Shown here in pieces: positions 17,066 to 26,272 of a DNA stretch of 32,000 bases (within the stretch, counting starts at the first letter, position 1; each line of letters begins with the position of its first letter). The position numbers and the translations under genes are program-made. The stretch is from Flammeovirga kamogawensis (GTDB taxonomy: Bacteria; Bacteroidota; Bacteroidia; Cytophagales; Flammeovirgaceae): NCBI RefSeq assembly GCF_018736065.1, contig NZ_CP076130.1, positions 584,633 through 616,632 on the forward strand, given 5' to 3'. A model generated the notes under the pieces. The model was not told where the DNA came from and ran no database searches. It worked only from the letters and a program-made list of their open reading frames with translations.

Positions 17066-18991
17066 TTACTCTTTAATGAATTTTACTCTTGTTGATTTAT
17101 CGATTTCTAATAGATACATGCCATTTGGTAAGTCACTGATATCAATACATTTGTTGTATACTTTCTTAGTATATGATTCCCCTTGTAGACTAACTATTTT
17201 CACATCATTTAATTGACGAGTTGAATAGATAAATAGCTTACCTTTTGAAGGGTTAGGATAAACATAAATGTCATTATTATTATTTTCTACTGATAATGGC
17301 AATTCAATATCTGCATCAATATTGTTAGGATCTGAACTTTCCTCTTGGTCATTTTGATCAATAATTTCTTCTGTATCACTATCTGATTCTGTAGGAGTTT
17401 CTCCCTCTTCATTTTCCTTAATTGTGTCACTTTCTTCTTCTGGGTCATTGTCTGCACCAGTAGTATCATCCTCTTCCGTTTGTTCCTCTTCCTCCACTTC
17501 TTCCACAGGTTCTTCCATATCTTCTACTTCAAAAGGAAAAATTTGAATTCCACCTATTGCTGATGTACCACCTTCTAATGCTGATAAAGTAAGTGTTACT
17601 TCTTCTTTATTTTTATAAGGACCAAAAATAGCATAAGTTCCTTCAGGGTAATTCTCTAGAGCATCATCAGTAGTTGAAATACTCGAGAGCATATACGGAT
17701 ATTCTTTTGTGTCTTCGCCTCCAAAAACATCAACACCTTTGTAGTACAAGGTGGTATTTCCATCAGAAATACTTGATTTTATATTTTCATCTTTAATTTT
17801 TTCATACATATAAAGGTTCTTACTATCTTTCTTAATACTTCCATTACTTTCATATAAGTATTTATATTCAGGTCTTTCTCCTGTTAGATAAACAATAATT
17901 TTATATCCAGTAGGGAATTGTGTTGCCAAATTTGACAGTGTTATTTGTAATGGTTTTGTACTTTCTTTTGATGTATATACCCCTGCTTGCAATGCACTTC
18001 TATTAGAACCTCCATAGTTAAGAATTCCTTCAGCATTTTTTACAGAATACGTAACAGTACTAGTAGTGTTATTTGACATTTGAAGTGGGGATGATTGTTG
18101 ATAATCTATACTATTATTCCATCCTCCTGTAACTAAGCCCATACGTTCAATACCGAATTTCTCTATAATAGTCGAATAATCACCACTAGCTTCGGTAGCA
18201 AAATTGATATTAATTGAACATAGTGGTGTTACAACTTCCTTTCTAGGGTTGTTAACCAACCAATCTAAATAGCCTTCTTGTTCAAATTCTAATCCCCATA
18301 CATTATGATCTTTTTCTGGAAGAATTTTCAATTTAGCATCAACTCCACCTATCAATAAACCTTTAGCTATAACTCTACTCGTATTGGCATCAACCTTAGG
18401 ATCTTTATCTCCTGTAATTACCCAAGCACTAAAATTATTGTATTTAATAACACTGTCTTTTATAGAAAAATCTTTAGCCATAGCTGCTGCTGTAGAAGCC
18501 ACTGTGGCAAAGGTATTACGCCCAATAGATCGCTCATAAACATACCAGTCCCAAGTTCCTCTTCCACCATAGCTATAACCACTTAAATGTACACGGTCTT
18601 CATCAACTTTATAAGTAGCTTTTATATAATCCCATAGTTTAGAAAGTTGTACATAATTCCATACTCCTTTTGTTCTAGGCCTAATAACCAAATATGGAGA
18701 GTCATCTTTATATAACCTTCCTATCTTTAAAGATACAGTTGTTTTAAATTCTTCTATAGATGATTTCTGTCCATTGTTACCATGTAGGTGAAAATATACA
18801 GGTACTTTATCTACTTCGTTATAGTTTTTGGGAAGTCGGATAGTATAATCAAAAATTACATTGCTGTTTACAGAAGCAGGAGATTCTTGAGATAATTCAA
18901 TACCTAAAGTTGTTTCTTGAGCATTTGTTTCGCTGAAGAAAACTGTCAATAAAGACATTAAGAATACTGAAAATTGTAGTTGTTTTTGCAT
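17066..18991 (-). CDS. T9SS-secreted esterase: alpha/beta-hydrolase domain, unknown beta-rich middle domain, acidic linker and type-A C-terminal sorting domain
   Basis: The likely start is ATG 18991 (MQKQLQFSVFLMSLLTVFFSETNAQ signal peptide); the track extends to 19036. Esterase motifs are PVYFHLHGNNG, HLSGYSYGGRGTW (G-x-S-x-G), GDKDPKV and EKDHNVW. A 73-aa E/D-rich linker precedes the C-terminal YVYPNPSKGKLFIYS...LPNGMYLLEI...VKFIKE, typical of Por_Secre_tail. Confidence 0.8.
   Translation of the reverse strand: MQKQLQFSVFLMSLLTVFFSETNAQETTLGIELSQESPASVNSNVIFDYTIRLPKNYNEVDKVPVYFHLHGNNGQKSSIEEFKTTVSLKIGRLYKDDSPYLVIRPRTKGVWNYVQLSKLWDYIKATYKVDEDRVHLSGYSYGGRGTWDWYVYERSIGRNTFATVASTAAAMAKDFSIKDSVIKYNNFSAWVITGDKDPKVDANTSRVIAKGLLIGGVDAKLKILPEKDHNVWGLEFEQEGYLDWLVNNPRKEVVTPLCSININFATEASGDYSTIIEKFGIERMGLVTGGWNNSIDYQQSSPLQMSNNTTSTVTYSVKNAEGILNYGGSNRSALQAGVYTSKESTKPLQITLSNLATQFPTGYKIIVYLTGERPEYKYLYESNGSIKKDSKNLYMYEKIKDENIKSSISDGNTTLYYKGVDVFGGEDTKEYPYMLSSISTTDDALENYPEGTYAIFGPYKNKEEVTLTLSALEGGTSAIGGIQIFPFEVEDMEEPVEEVEEEEQTEEDDTTGADNDPEEESDTIKENEEGETPTESDSDTEEIIDQNDQEESSDPNNIDADIELPLSVENNNNDIYVYPNPSKGKLFIYSTRQLNDVKIVSLQGESYTKKVYNKCIDISDLPNGMYLLEIDKSTRVKFIKE
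17069..17284 (-). other. T9SS type-A C-terminal sorting domain of the esterase
   Basis: NNNNDIYVYPNPSKGKLFIYSTRQLNDVKIVSLQGESYTKKVYNKCIDISDLPNGMYLLEIDKSTRVKFIKE. Confidence 0.8.
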
Positions 18992-19175
18992 AATTATTAT
19001 CATTTCACTTTTAAAAATGATAATGTATAAGCTCAACTATAGGTTTGATTCCAATAATTATTCAAAACGGTAGAGTGATTAAAAAATGAAACAATTTGGT
19101 CATTTATTAATACTTCGATTAAGGAAAATTGGTGTTCTATTTTAAAAATACAATAAAGTAAAAAGCTATTTTAAT

Positions 19176-19212
19176 AAAAAAAGACAACCAATATGGTTGC
19201 CTTTTTATTTTT
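19176..19212 (-). terminator. Rho-independent terminator of the GH88 gene
   Basis: The minus strand reads GGCAACCA-TAT-TGGTTGTC, an 8-bp stem with one G-U, extended by A/T pairs and followed by TTTTTTTATT. It lies 13 nt downstream of the stop at 19225. Confidence 0.65.
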
Positions 19213-19224
19213 TAAATTTCGCTG

Positions 19225-20469
19225 TTAATCAATAACGAATGCTAACTTGTCGTTTGCTTCATATTCTCGTTTTCGTAATAATGCTTCTAAGTAGTAGTAA
19301 TCTGCATAATTTAGCGGTTTATCAATCTCATTTTTATGAGGAATACTACCTACTGAATGCTTTAATAAAAAGAAGTTGTTATCTCCTACTTGTGCCATAA
19401 ATTCTGGTTCAGATAATGTTGTTACAATTTTATCTGCATTCTCTAAATATCTTTCTGCATCTTCTGTTGGAACATAAGTAGCTAATTCATACAAAGCACT
19501 TGCTGTAACTGCCCCTGCCGATGCATCTCTTGGAGCATTAGGTATTCTTGGATCATTATAATCCCAATAAGGTACCATATCCTTAGGCATCGATTTATTA
19601 GTGAGCATATAGTTTGCAATTTTCTGTGCAAAATCTAGGTATTTTTGGTCTTTTGTAAAACGGTAACACGTTAAGTAACCATATAATCCCCATGCTTGTC
19701 CACGTGCCCAAGATGAATTATCTGCATAACCTTGTGCAGTTTGTCTATGCCTAACTTCACCATTTGTGCTATCATAATCAACCACATGGTAGCTGCTAAA
19801 ATCTGGTCTATAATGGTGCTGCATTGTTTTATCTGCATGCTTAATTGCAATATCTCTATACGTATTGTCTCCAGATAAATCAGATGCTTTAAACAGTAAT
19901 TCTAGATTCATCATATTGTCTATAATTACCGGGTACTCCCATCCTCTTTCACTTTGCCAGCCCTTATCAACATCCCAAGAAAGAATAACCCCAACTTCTG
20001 GATGGAATCTACTTGAAAGTGATTTAGCTGAATTAATTAGCACCTCTTTGTACTCTTCTGTATGGTCTAGTCTTAATCCGTTCCCAAAAGAACAGTTGAT
20101 GATAAAACCAACGTCATGGTTACCTTTATGAAACTGGTTATGAGCAACTTTTTTAGAATACTCTTTTGCTAGTTCTTCCCATTTAGGATCTTTTGTATAT
20201 TCATATAAGTACCATAAAGAACCAGGAAAAAAGCCTTGTGTCCAGTCATATTCACCCACCAAATATTTAGTAGTCACACCATCATTTAAAATACTTCTTG
20301 GTATCTGATCATGGTTATCTGCTTCTTCTTCTAAAAGAGTATATTGTTGTTCTGCTCTATCAAATACTCTATCTACAACTTTAGTTTGTTCTTCTGTTTT
20401 AGTCTCGCAAGAAGTGACAGATACAAATAATGCTATAGTAGTCGCTATTTTTAAAAATCTATTGTTCAT
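19225..20469 (-). CDS. Glycoside hydrolase family 88, unsaturated glucuronyl hydrolase (lipoprotein)
   Basis: GH88 hallmarks are DWTQGFFPGSLWYLYEYT, GNHDVGFIINCSFGNG and WARGQAWGLYGY. The likely start is ATG 20469 (MNNRFLKIATTIALFVSVTSC|ETK lipobox). The tracked start at 20535 adds 22 aa with no signal character. Confidence 0.88.
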   Translation of the reverse strand: MNNRFLKIATTIALFVSVTSCETKTEEQTKVVDRVFDRAEQQYTLLEEEADNHDQIPRSILNDGVTTKYLVGEYDWTQGFFPGSLWYLYEYTKDPKWEELAKEYSKKVAHNQFHKGNHDVGFIINCSFGNGLRLDHTEEYKEVLINSAKSLSSRFHPEVGVILSWDVDKGWQSERGWEYPVIIDNMMNLELLFKASDLSGDNTYRDIAIKHADKTMQHHYRPDFSSYHVVDYDSTNGEVRHRQTAQGYADNSSWARGQAWGLYGYLTCYRFTKDQKYLDFAQKIANYMLTNKSMPKDMVPYWDYNDPRIPNAPRDASAGAVTASALYELATYVPTEDAERYLENADKIVTTLSEPEFMAQVGDNNFFLLKHSVGSIPHKNEIDKPLNYADYYYLEALLRKREYEANDKLAFVID

Positions 20470-20650
20470 TATATTGATATTTTCAAATGTGAAGTAATCA
20501 CTGTTCAATTTTAGTTTGCATGTCTCGTAATACAAAAATGGTCGTTAAGACATTATTAAAGGGTTTGAATTATTCAATAAGTAGGACTTATCATCCATTA
20601 TATAAGTAAATTGGCTGTTTTGAACCGTTATATACATTCATTGAATTTAT

Positions 20651-20692
20651 AGTGAACAGCAGTTATTTATCAAAAAACAACTGCTGTCCACT
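20651..20692 (-). terminator. Hairpin immediately after the giant gene stop (probable terminator)
   Basis: AGTGAACAGCAGTT (20651..20664) pairs with AACTGCTGTCCACT (20679..20692), a 14-bp stem with one mismatch and a 14-nt loop. The downstream sequence is A/T-rich but has no clean U-tract. Confidence 0.5.
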
Positions 20693-20696
20693 TCTT

Positions 20697-23600
20697 TTAT
20701 TGCTTTATAAACTTCTTTAAGATTATCTCTCCATCAGAAATTATATTTACGTAATACATTCCAGATGATAGGGTATCTAATCTAATTACCGTTTCTTGTG
20801 CTTTAATATCTCTACTCATTACTTGTTGCCCCATTCCGTTAAAAAATACTGCTTTTGTTCCTTCTTTAACAGTGGTCATTTTTAATGTAAGTTGAGTAGT
20901 TGCAGGAACTGGGTAAAGTACTACATCAGCGTTCCAAACATCTCCGATAGAAGTAGGTCCATTTTCTCTATATATCCCTTCAAATATTAATTCAGGAACT
21001 TGCTCATCAACTGAATAAGAAGATGAAAATCTCACCCAATTAGAGCCCGTCACTTTAAAAGTCACCTCCTTCGAACCTTGTTCTAACGCCGCTTTTACGT
21101 AATCAGACACATCGAAATAGTAGTCTATTTGGTTTCCATTATGTTCCATACTCGGAATTGTATTTTCGGCAAGTATTGCAGCGTCATCTGCCACTAAATC
21201 ACTGCCAGACGTACCTAAAGTAGTACTGTAAGATACTTCATTAGCAAACCAAGATGTTGCTGTAGAACCAAAAACATTTATATCAGAATCTTCCGACATG
21301 TTTGTCTTATCTGCATATAATTTCAACATTACTTTATCTACACTTTCCATAACAGAAAGATCAAATTTTAAGTAAGTAGCCTTATCGTTACTACCAATTT
21401 CTAAGTAATTACTTGTTGCAAAATTTTCTGTTGGATATTGTGATGTCACATACGTATCATCTATAATATCTGCAGCAAAATTCTCTTTTGCAATTACTTT
21501 ATACTGATACACAAGGTTTCCATCCTGAGATATACTTTCTACAATACAGCCTGCGTATACATCTGCAACAATTTGGTGCGTAGATGGGGCAATTACTGTG
21601 ATAGATCCTCCTTCTGGAGCAATAACGTCTTCTAAAAATTGTGCTTTGCTTTGTGCAATATCAATACCTTCAATTTCTCCCATTTCTGTTGCCTCTGTTG
21701 GGTGAATGATTGAATAAGTAGCCGAACTTATTTCTGCAGAAGTAATTAACTCTACTTGTTTTGGTTTAAACTGAAAAGCTGAAATATAAGGTGCATTTGC
21801 AACAACAGAAGATCTATATATTGACGTGAAAATTGCTTTTCCATCAGTATCTAAAATGTTCGTAATTTCTCTAATAATAAAGGTCTGCACAGAATCTGCT
21901 TCGCTAATTTCTCCTAAGTTTAAAGGAATCGAAATTAGTTGATCTTCGTCTGATTGATATAACTCAATAAAGCCTACTCTTTTAAATAGTCCTTCTGGTT
22001 TAGCATCAAATGTTACGGTAGTCTCATCAAAATCAACTGCTGCAGCAACTACTTCGTAACTTACAGATGTTCCTTTGTAGGCTCTTCCTGTAATATTTAG
22101 ATTTACTTCTGTAAGTGTATCTAAATTCATTAATGAACTCACATTAAAAGACAATAAGGCTTCTCTTAAATAGGTGCTATTTGTGGCTGCTACAATTTCT
22201 ATCTTAGAATTATCAAAATAATTTTTAGACGAGTTACTTCCTCCTCTTACCATTACGTCTTTTCTAGATGCATACGTTTTGTTTTCTGTATTAGAGAAAC
22301 CATAATGAATTGTATACACTTTAGAAATACCATCTGCAGAAGATACTTCTATTTGATGTGTACTTCCATTTACTGAATGTTTAGGCGTAATTGTTACCGT
22401 ATTACTTGCATCTGTATCTACAATAAGCGTTGGCATTACTGCTTCTGTAGATGTGTGTGCTACAAAGTAATTTTCCGTTTCTGGAGAAAATTCTTCTATT
22501 TGTTTTCCATCAATAGAAATACCAAAAACTAGTGTACCTTTTGCTAAACGGTCTGTCAATTGCTGTTGGAACACAGAGGCTGGATACACTCCTTTTTTAT
22601 TTAAGCCTTCAACATAAATTCCTGATGTAGCTCTATCTGCTCTAGAACCTGCAATTTGTACATTAGAAGCTTCAGGATTATAAACACCAATTACTTTACT
22701 CTGAGGGTACATTAAGTAACTTTGCTCTTCCTGTCCAAGAAGTGCCATCCACCAAGCATAGAAAAATTCATTTTCAATTGCACTAATTTCGTTAGGTACT
22801 TCTAAGTTCCAGAATACATTAGCAATTCCACTATTTGGCATATTTTCCATTGCTCCAGATCCTTCACATCTAATATTATTTACATTTTCAATTAGGTTAG
22901 CCGCTGGAAAACCTCCTCCATGAAAATCGACTGTACCGTCATAATCACCTAATTCTATATTTGTAAATACATTACCAACCATTATACCCGTACCCCCAAT
23001 TGGGTGCGTTCTAAATGCTGATATTTTAGCATCTTTTAAAACATTTCCATAACCGTTAACTTTAATACCATGATGCCCATCTTTACCAATAACATTTATA
23101 CCTTGAAGGGTAAGTCCTTTTGATAAACTGGTGTTTAAATCCCATGTAAAGTTTTCAAAAGTAACATCTTTCACCCAAGAGTTTGATAACTTACTCAATT
23201 GAAGTGCACACCATCCGTAATCCATTTCATAGACTGTCTTTTCATCTTCTTGAGAGCCGTCTTCGTTCTTACCATGGTGCTTGTATTCTCCAGACCAAGC
23301 CGAAGAAAAACGTAGGTTTTCAATACCTGTTTCTGTAGTATAATTTGTTGTTGAGATCACCGTTTCATATCTCGTTTCTAAATCAATCGGTAATGGCTCT
23401 TTTATAGAAATGTGTTTTCCATTTACGTTAATTACCTCTACAGACCACTGAAATGCTGTTGATCTATTAAAGCTTGACCATCTATCATCTTTTGCTAATG
23501 GGAAGACCATTTTTCTAGAAGCCATATCATCACCTTCTGCATTTTTTACTGTGATTAAAATAAAATCACCAGCTTTTAATGCTGTTTCCGTATCTACAAT

Positions 23601-26204
23601 AAGGTGTCTATCACCTTGTATTGCGGTCTTTTCTAGTTTAGCAACCTCTGTTCCCGATCTACCCCAAATACGCATTCCAAATGTTCCAAACTCAGTACCT
23701 TTTCGTGGTATTTGATTATGGAAATACAATACAGTTCCATCTTCTCCTTGGCCTTCACCTCTTAAAACAATATTACTTTTACTGAAGTTAATGGTTACTA
23801 GATCTTCAGGATTTGTTAGAAAATCATATTGCCCTTTAGGAAGAAGTAGTACTCCACCTCCCGCTTTTCCCATTTCTTCAAATGCTGTATTTAACGCTAC
23901 TGCATCATCTTTATTATCATTTGGAAGTATACCAAAATCAACTGCATTATGCGTAACCGAAAGTGTTGGAATTTCAATTTCACTGTTATGATAACCAGCA
24001 TAGGAGAAGTTAGGTAAAATCGACTTATCTCCTTTCTCTTGAAAGTCTTTCCAAATTTCAGGAATCCATTCTGTCGCTACTGGTGGGGCAATACTTTCGG
24101 TAATAGTTACTGTGTATGGAAAGACGATTTCAGACTGGTCTACTGTATTTGTAACAACAATATTGAAAGTATATGTTCCAACAGATGGCTTCTCATTAAA
24201 TACAATTTCGTTACTTTCATTTATCGAAACTACTGCTGCGTCTTCTCCAGAAATAGAGTAGGTATATGTAGCATTTTCAGCTCCTCCTTCTGTAGTAAGT
24301 TCGCCTATTAAAAATGATTCTGTTATATCATCTTCATTAATTTCTTGCTGATCAGATGTATTTCCTCCAACTACTAAACTAATTGTTGAATTAATACGAA
24401 CCTGAACCTCTAAAGTAGTTATTTGTCCGTTATCTGCAGTTCCTTTTATTATTAATGATGCTGTAGGTTGCGTTGCCGCTTCTAGAGCTTCTGCTGTAGT
24501 TATTGTTCCTTCAGTAAGCGTAAACAAATTAGCATCATCACCTTCTAAAGTATACGTTACAGCTAAACCTTTGTCTTCTTCTACAATTGTGGCCACCTCA
24601 ATTCCTGCATCTCCTTCAGTAATTTCAGGGCTTTCTGGAGTTGTTGCAAATGCTGGCACAGGAATTACATCTACATTAAAAGAAGAAGCTGTTGCCCCGC
24701 CTGCGTTAGCTGCTGTAATTGTAAAACCAGATGGTCTTGTAAAATAATCAAGTGATTTATTTAAGATGACATCATTTCCACTTAATCGATAAGTTGGATT
24801 TGATGTGGTCGTTACATTACAAATTGGAAGGATCGTATTTTTGATATTTGTATCAGAATATGTTGCTCTAAATGCAACCCATAATTTTGTATTCCCTAAA
24901 ATATAAGCCGACAGGTCTAAATTTGTTACATTGATTCCTGATAAATCATCTAAATTAAAATTATCTAATTTCAAGAAGTCTGCAGAAACATTTTCTTTAA
25001 CAACTTGCCAACCTGAATGTGTTAATGGGTTTACAGGAGCTGTAGTACTCACTACAATTTCTAAAGAATTGTCTGACAAAGTTCCGTAGCGAGATGCTCC
25101 ACCATATTCTAAAACTAAGTTCGATATATCAGATACATCAATTGCTCTATCTAATAACAAATAAGATGTAAAAGCTTCTTTTGTCGCATCGGTACCATTT
25201 CCATTTTTTATTAATGGATAGTATACTTCTTCACCGTTCAATGTTATTTTTTGGGTACTCCAAATCTTAGTATATGATGCACCTTGGTATTCTGGAGTAA
25301 TAGACGAAGCATTTGTAAAACCATTTAAACCATCTGACGAAGGATTGGTTACATACGCTTTTTTATGAACTCCTGGAGTAAACTTATTTTCTACTAACGA
25401 TACTATTGTATTCGTTCCTGTATAAGATACTGTCCCTACAGTTGAAGTAGGGACAGTATTTTCTATTATTTCTGTTGCTGTGAATGCTAGATCTGTTGGT
25501 GCAGCTTCTGTCTCCTCATTCTCTACAGTTATTTTTACAGATGCAAGGTAAATTTGTCTTGATGTAAGTTCATTAAAAGATTCATATTTAAATGCAATCC
25601 ATATTTTCTCTTTACCTACTCCATAATCCGAGATACTCACCTCACCTTGGGTTAAACTTTCAAGGTCTAGAACATCATACCCTCCTGATGCATTTTTAAC
25701 TTGATTAAAAAAGATATCATCCACTTGAGTAGAGAGTACTTGCCAATTAGTATGGCCAGATAAATCAGACGTTGGGTCTGTATCTGTTACTAAAATTGAT
25801 ACATCTTGATGTGCATTTGACCCGAACCTATACAACCCGCTATAATTTAGCAGTATATCTTTTGCTTGGTCTACATTAATACCTTCAGTACATAAATAAG
25901 AAGTAAATGCTTTTTTCTGAGGTTTCACCGAAGGGAAATAGGTAAACTTAGATGCACCACTTTCACTTAAAATATTAATTCCAGAAACAGACCATGTTTG
26001 TAACCACATACTACCAGAATAGGTAGATGTTAAATAATTTGTTGATGAAGTGTAGCCATTTAATCCAGAAGAGATTTCTTCGTCTGCTTGTGGTTTCGAT
26101 TGTGTTCCTTGCTCAAAAGCAATTTCTGTTTGTGCAAAGCTTTCAAAGCATAAAGTTGTAAGGAAACTTAAAGCAAAAAAGCTAAATAGTAATTTCTTTT
26201 TCAT
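20697..26204 (-). CDS. Giant (1835 aa) mosaic T9SS cargo protein with a pectate-lyase-fold beta-helix core, a candidate extracellular polysaccharide lyase or hydrolase
   Basis: Signal peptide aa 1-25. Two choice-of-anchor-J-like modules (aa ~44-228 and ~285-466) are followed by cadherin/Ig-like repeats (aa ~470-703). The beta-helix core (aa ~711-1222) is paralogous to ORF 27180..28757. After it come a cadherin-like beta-sandwich (aa ~1223-1302), two DNRLRE-like modules (aa ~1309-1480 and ~1576-1745) and a T9SS CTD (aa ~1758-1835: VVLYPVPATTQLTL...SSGMYYVNIISDGEIILKKFIKQ). Confidence 0.8.
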   Translation of the reverse strand: MKKKLLFSFFALSFLTTLCFESFAQTEIAFEQGTQSKPQADEEISSGLNGYTSSTNYLTSTYSGSMWLQTWSVSGINILSESGASKFTYFPSVKPQKKAFTSYLCTEGINVDQAKDILLNYSGLYRFGSNAHQDVSILVTDTDPTSDLSGHTNWQVLSTQVDDIFFNQVKNASGGYDVLDLESLTQGEVSISDYGVGKEKIWIAFKYESFNELTSRQIYLASVKITVENEETEAAPTDLAFTATEIIENTVPTSTVGTVSYTGTNTIVSLVENKFTPGVHKKAYVTNPSSDGLNGFTNASSITPEYQGASYTKIWSTQKITLNGEEVYYPLIKNGNGTDATKEAFTSYLLLDRAIDVSDISNLVLEYGGASRYGTLSDNSLEIVVSTTAPVNPLTHSGWQVVKENVSADFLKLDNFNLDDLSGINVTNLDLSAYILGNTKLWVAFRATYSDTNIKNTILPICNVTTTSNPTYRLSGNDVILNKSLDYFTRPSGFTITAANAGGATASSFNVDVIPVPAFATTPESPEITEGDAGIEVATIVEEDKGLAVTYTLEGDDANLFTLTEGTITTAEALEAATQPTASLIIKGTADNGQITTLEVQVRINSTISLVVGGNTSDQQEINEDDITESFLIGELTTEGGAENATYTYSISGEDAAVVSINESNEIVFNEKPSVGTYTFNIVVTNTVDQSEIVFPYTVTITESIAPPVATEWIPEIWKDFQEKGDKSILPNFSYAGYHNSEIEIPTLSVTHNAVDFGILPNDNKDDAVALNTAFEEMGKAGGGVLLLPKGQYDFLTNPEDLVTINFSKSNIVLRGEGQGEDGTVLYFHNQIPRKGTEFGTFGMRIWGRSGTEVAKLEKTAIQGDRHLIVDTETALKAGDFILITVKNAEGDDMASRKMVFPLAKDDRWSSFNRSTAFQWSVEVINVNGKHISIKEPLPIDLETRYETVISTTNYTTETGIENLRFSSAWSGEYKHHGKNEDGSQEDEKTVYEMDYGWCALQLSKLSNSWVKDVTFENFTWDLNTSLSKGLTLQGINVIGKDGHHGIKVNGYGNVLKDAKISAFRTHPIGGTGIMVGNVFTNIELGDYDGTVDFHGGGFPAANLIENVNNIRCEGSGAMENMPNSGIANVFWNLEVPNEISAIENEFFYAWWMALLGQEEQSYLMYPQSKVIGVYNPEASNVQIAGSRADRATSGIYVEGLNKKGVYPASVFQQQLTDRLAKGTLVFGISIDGKQIEEFSPETENYFVAHTSTEAVMPTLIVDTDASNTVTITPKHSVNGSTHQIEVSSADGISKVYTIHYGFSNTENKTYASRKDVMVRGGSNSSKNYFDNSKIEIVAATNSTYLREALLSFNVSSLMNLDTLTEVNLNITGRAYKGTSVSYEVVAAAVDFDETTVTFDAKPEGLFKRVGFIELYQSDEDQLISIPLNLGEISEADSVQTFIIREITNILDTDGKAIFTSIYRSSVVANAPYISAFQFKPKQVELITSAEISSATYSIIHPTEATEMGEIEGIDIAQSKAQFLEDVIAPEGGSITVIAPSTHQIVADVYAGCIVESISQDGNLVYQYKVIAKENFAADIIDDTYVTSQYPTENFATSNYLEIGSNDKATYLKFDLSVMESVDKVMLKLYADKTNMSEDSDINVFGSTATSWFANEVSYSTTLGTSGSDLVADDAAILAENTIPSMEHNGNQIDYYFDVSDYVKAALEQGSKEVTFKVTGSNWVRFSSSYSVDEQVPELIFEGIYRENGPTSIGDVWNADVVLYPVPATTQLTLKMTTVKEGTKAVFFNGMGQQVMSRDIKAQETVIRLDTLSSGMYYVNIISDGEIILKKFIKQ
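20700..20933 (-). other. T9SS type-A C-terminal sorting domain of the giant protein
   Basis: NADVVLYPVPATTQLTLKMTTVKEGTKAVFFNGMGQQVMSRDIKAQETVIRLDTLSSGMYYVNIISDGEIILKKFIKQ. Confidence 0.8.
22539..24074 (-). other. Beta-helix (Pectate_lyase_3-like) catalytic-core region of the giant protein
   Basis: LPNFSYAGYHNSEIEIP, AVDFGILPNDNKDDAVALNTAF, GGVLLLPKGQYDF, NIVLRGEGQGEDGTVLYF, YKHHG, YGWCALQLSKLSNSWVKDVTFENF and GHHGIKV all align motif-by-motif with ORF 27180..28757. Confidence 0.7.
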
Positions 26205-26237
26205 ACATACAATGTTTACAATAAGTAATAATTCTGA

Positions 26238-26272
26238 TAGAGAGAGAGAAAGAATTTACACTCCCTCTCTCT
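26238..26272 (-). terminator. Hairpin built from an (AG)n/(CT)n tract, downstream of the DNRLRE-like gene
   Basis: The minus strand reads AGAGAGAGGGA...TCTTTCTCTCT, about 11 bp with two G-U wobbles. There is no U-tract. It sits in the 81-nt gap before the giant gene start. Confidence 0.4.

Noticed and set aside
17287-17469. 60-aa Lys/Gln-rich ORF in an alternate frame of the esterase acidic-linker region
   Set aside because: It is a frame artefact of the GAA/GAT-rich linker DNA. The esterase frame continues uninterrupted into a bona fide T9SS CTD.
19865-20131. Antisense ORF in GH88. The same applies to 23791..23991 and 24039..24311 in the giant gene, to 27211..27558 and 28138..28437 in the beta-helix gene along with its same-strand alternate-frame ORF 27458..27673, and to 29523..29729 and 29959..30243 in the sulfatase.
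   Set aside because: All are nested in genes with strong family signatures. They have no motifs of their own, and their composition is typical of antisense or alternate-frame translation.
20470-20535. N-terminal extensions implied by the ORF track: GH88 from 20535, esterase from 19036, beta-helix gene from 28796, sulfatase from TTG 900
   Set aside because: In each case a downstream ATG starts a textbook signal peptide or lipobox, while the extension is non-signal-like. For 28796 the extension would also collide with the -7 box at 28798..28805.
26239-26249. (AG)5 tract as a possible phase-variable simple-sequence repeat
   Set aside because: It has only about five units and is intergenic. It is better explained as one arm of the hairpin with the downstream CT tract.
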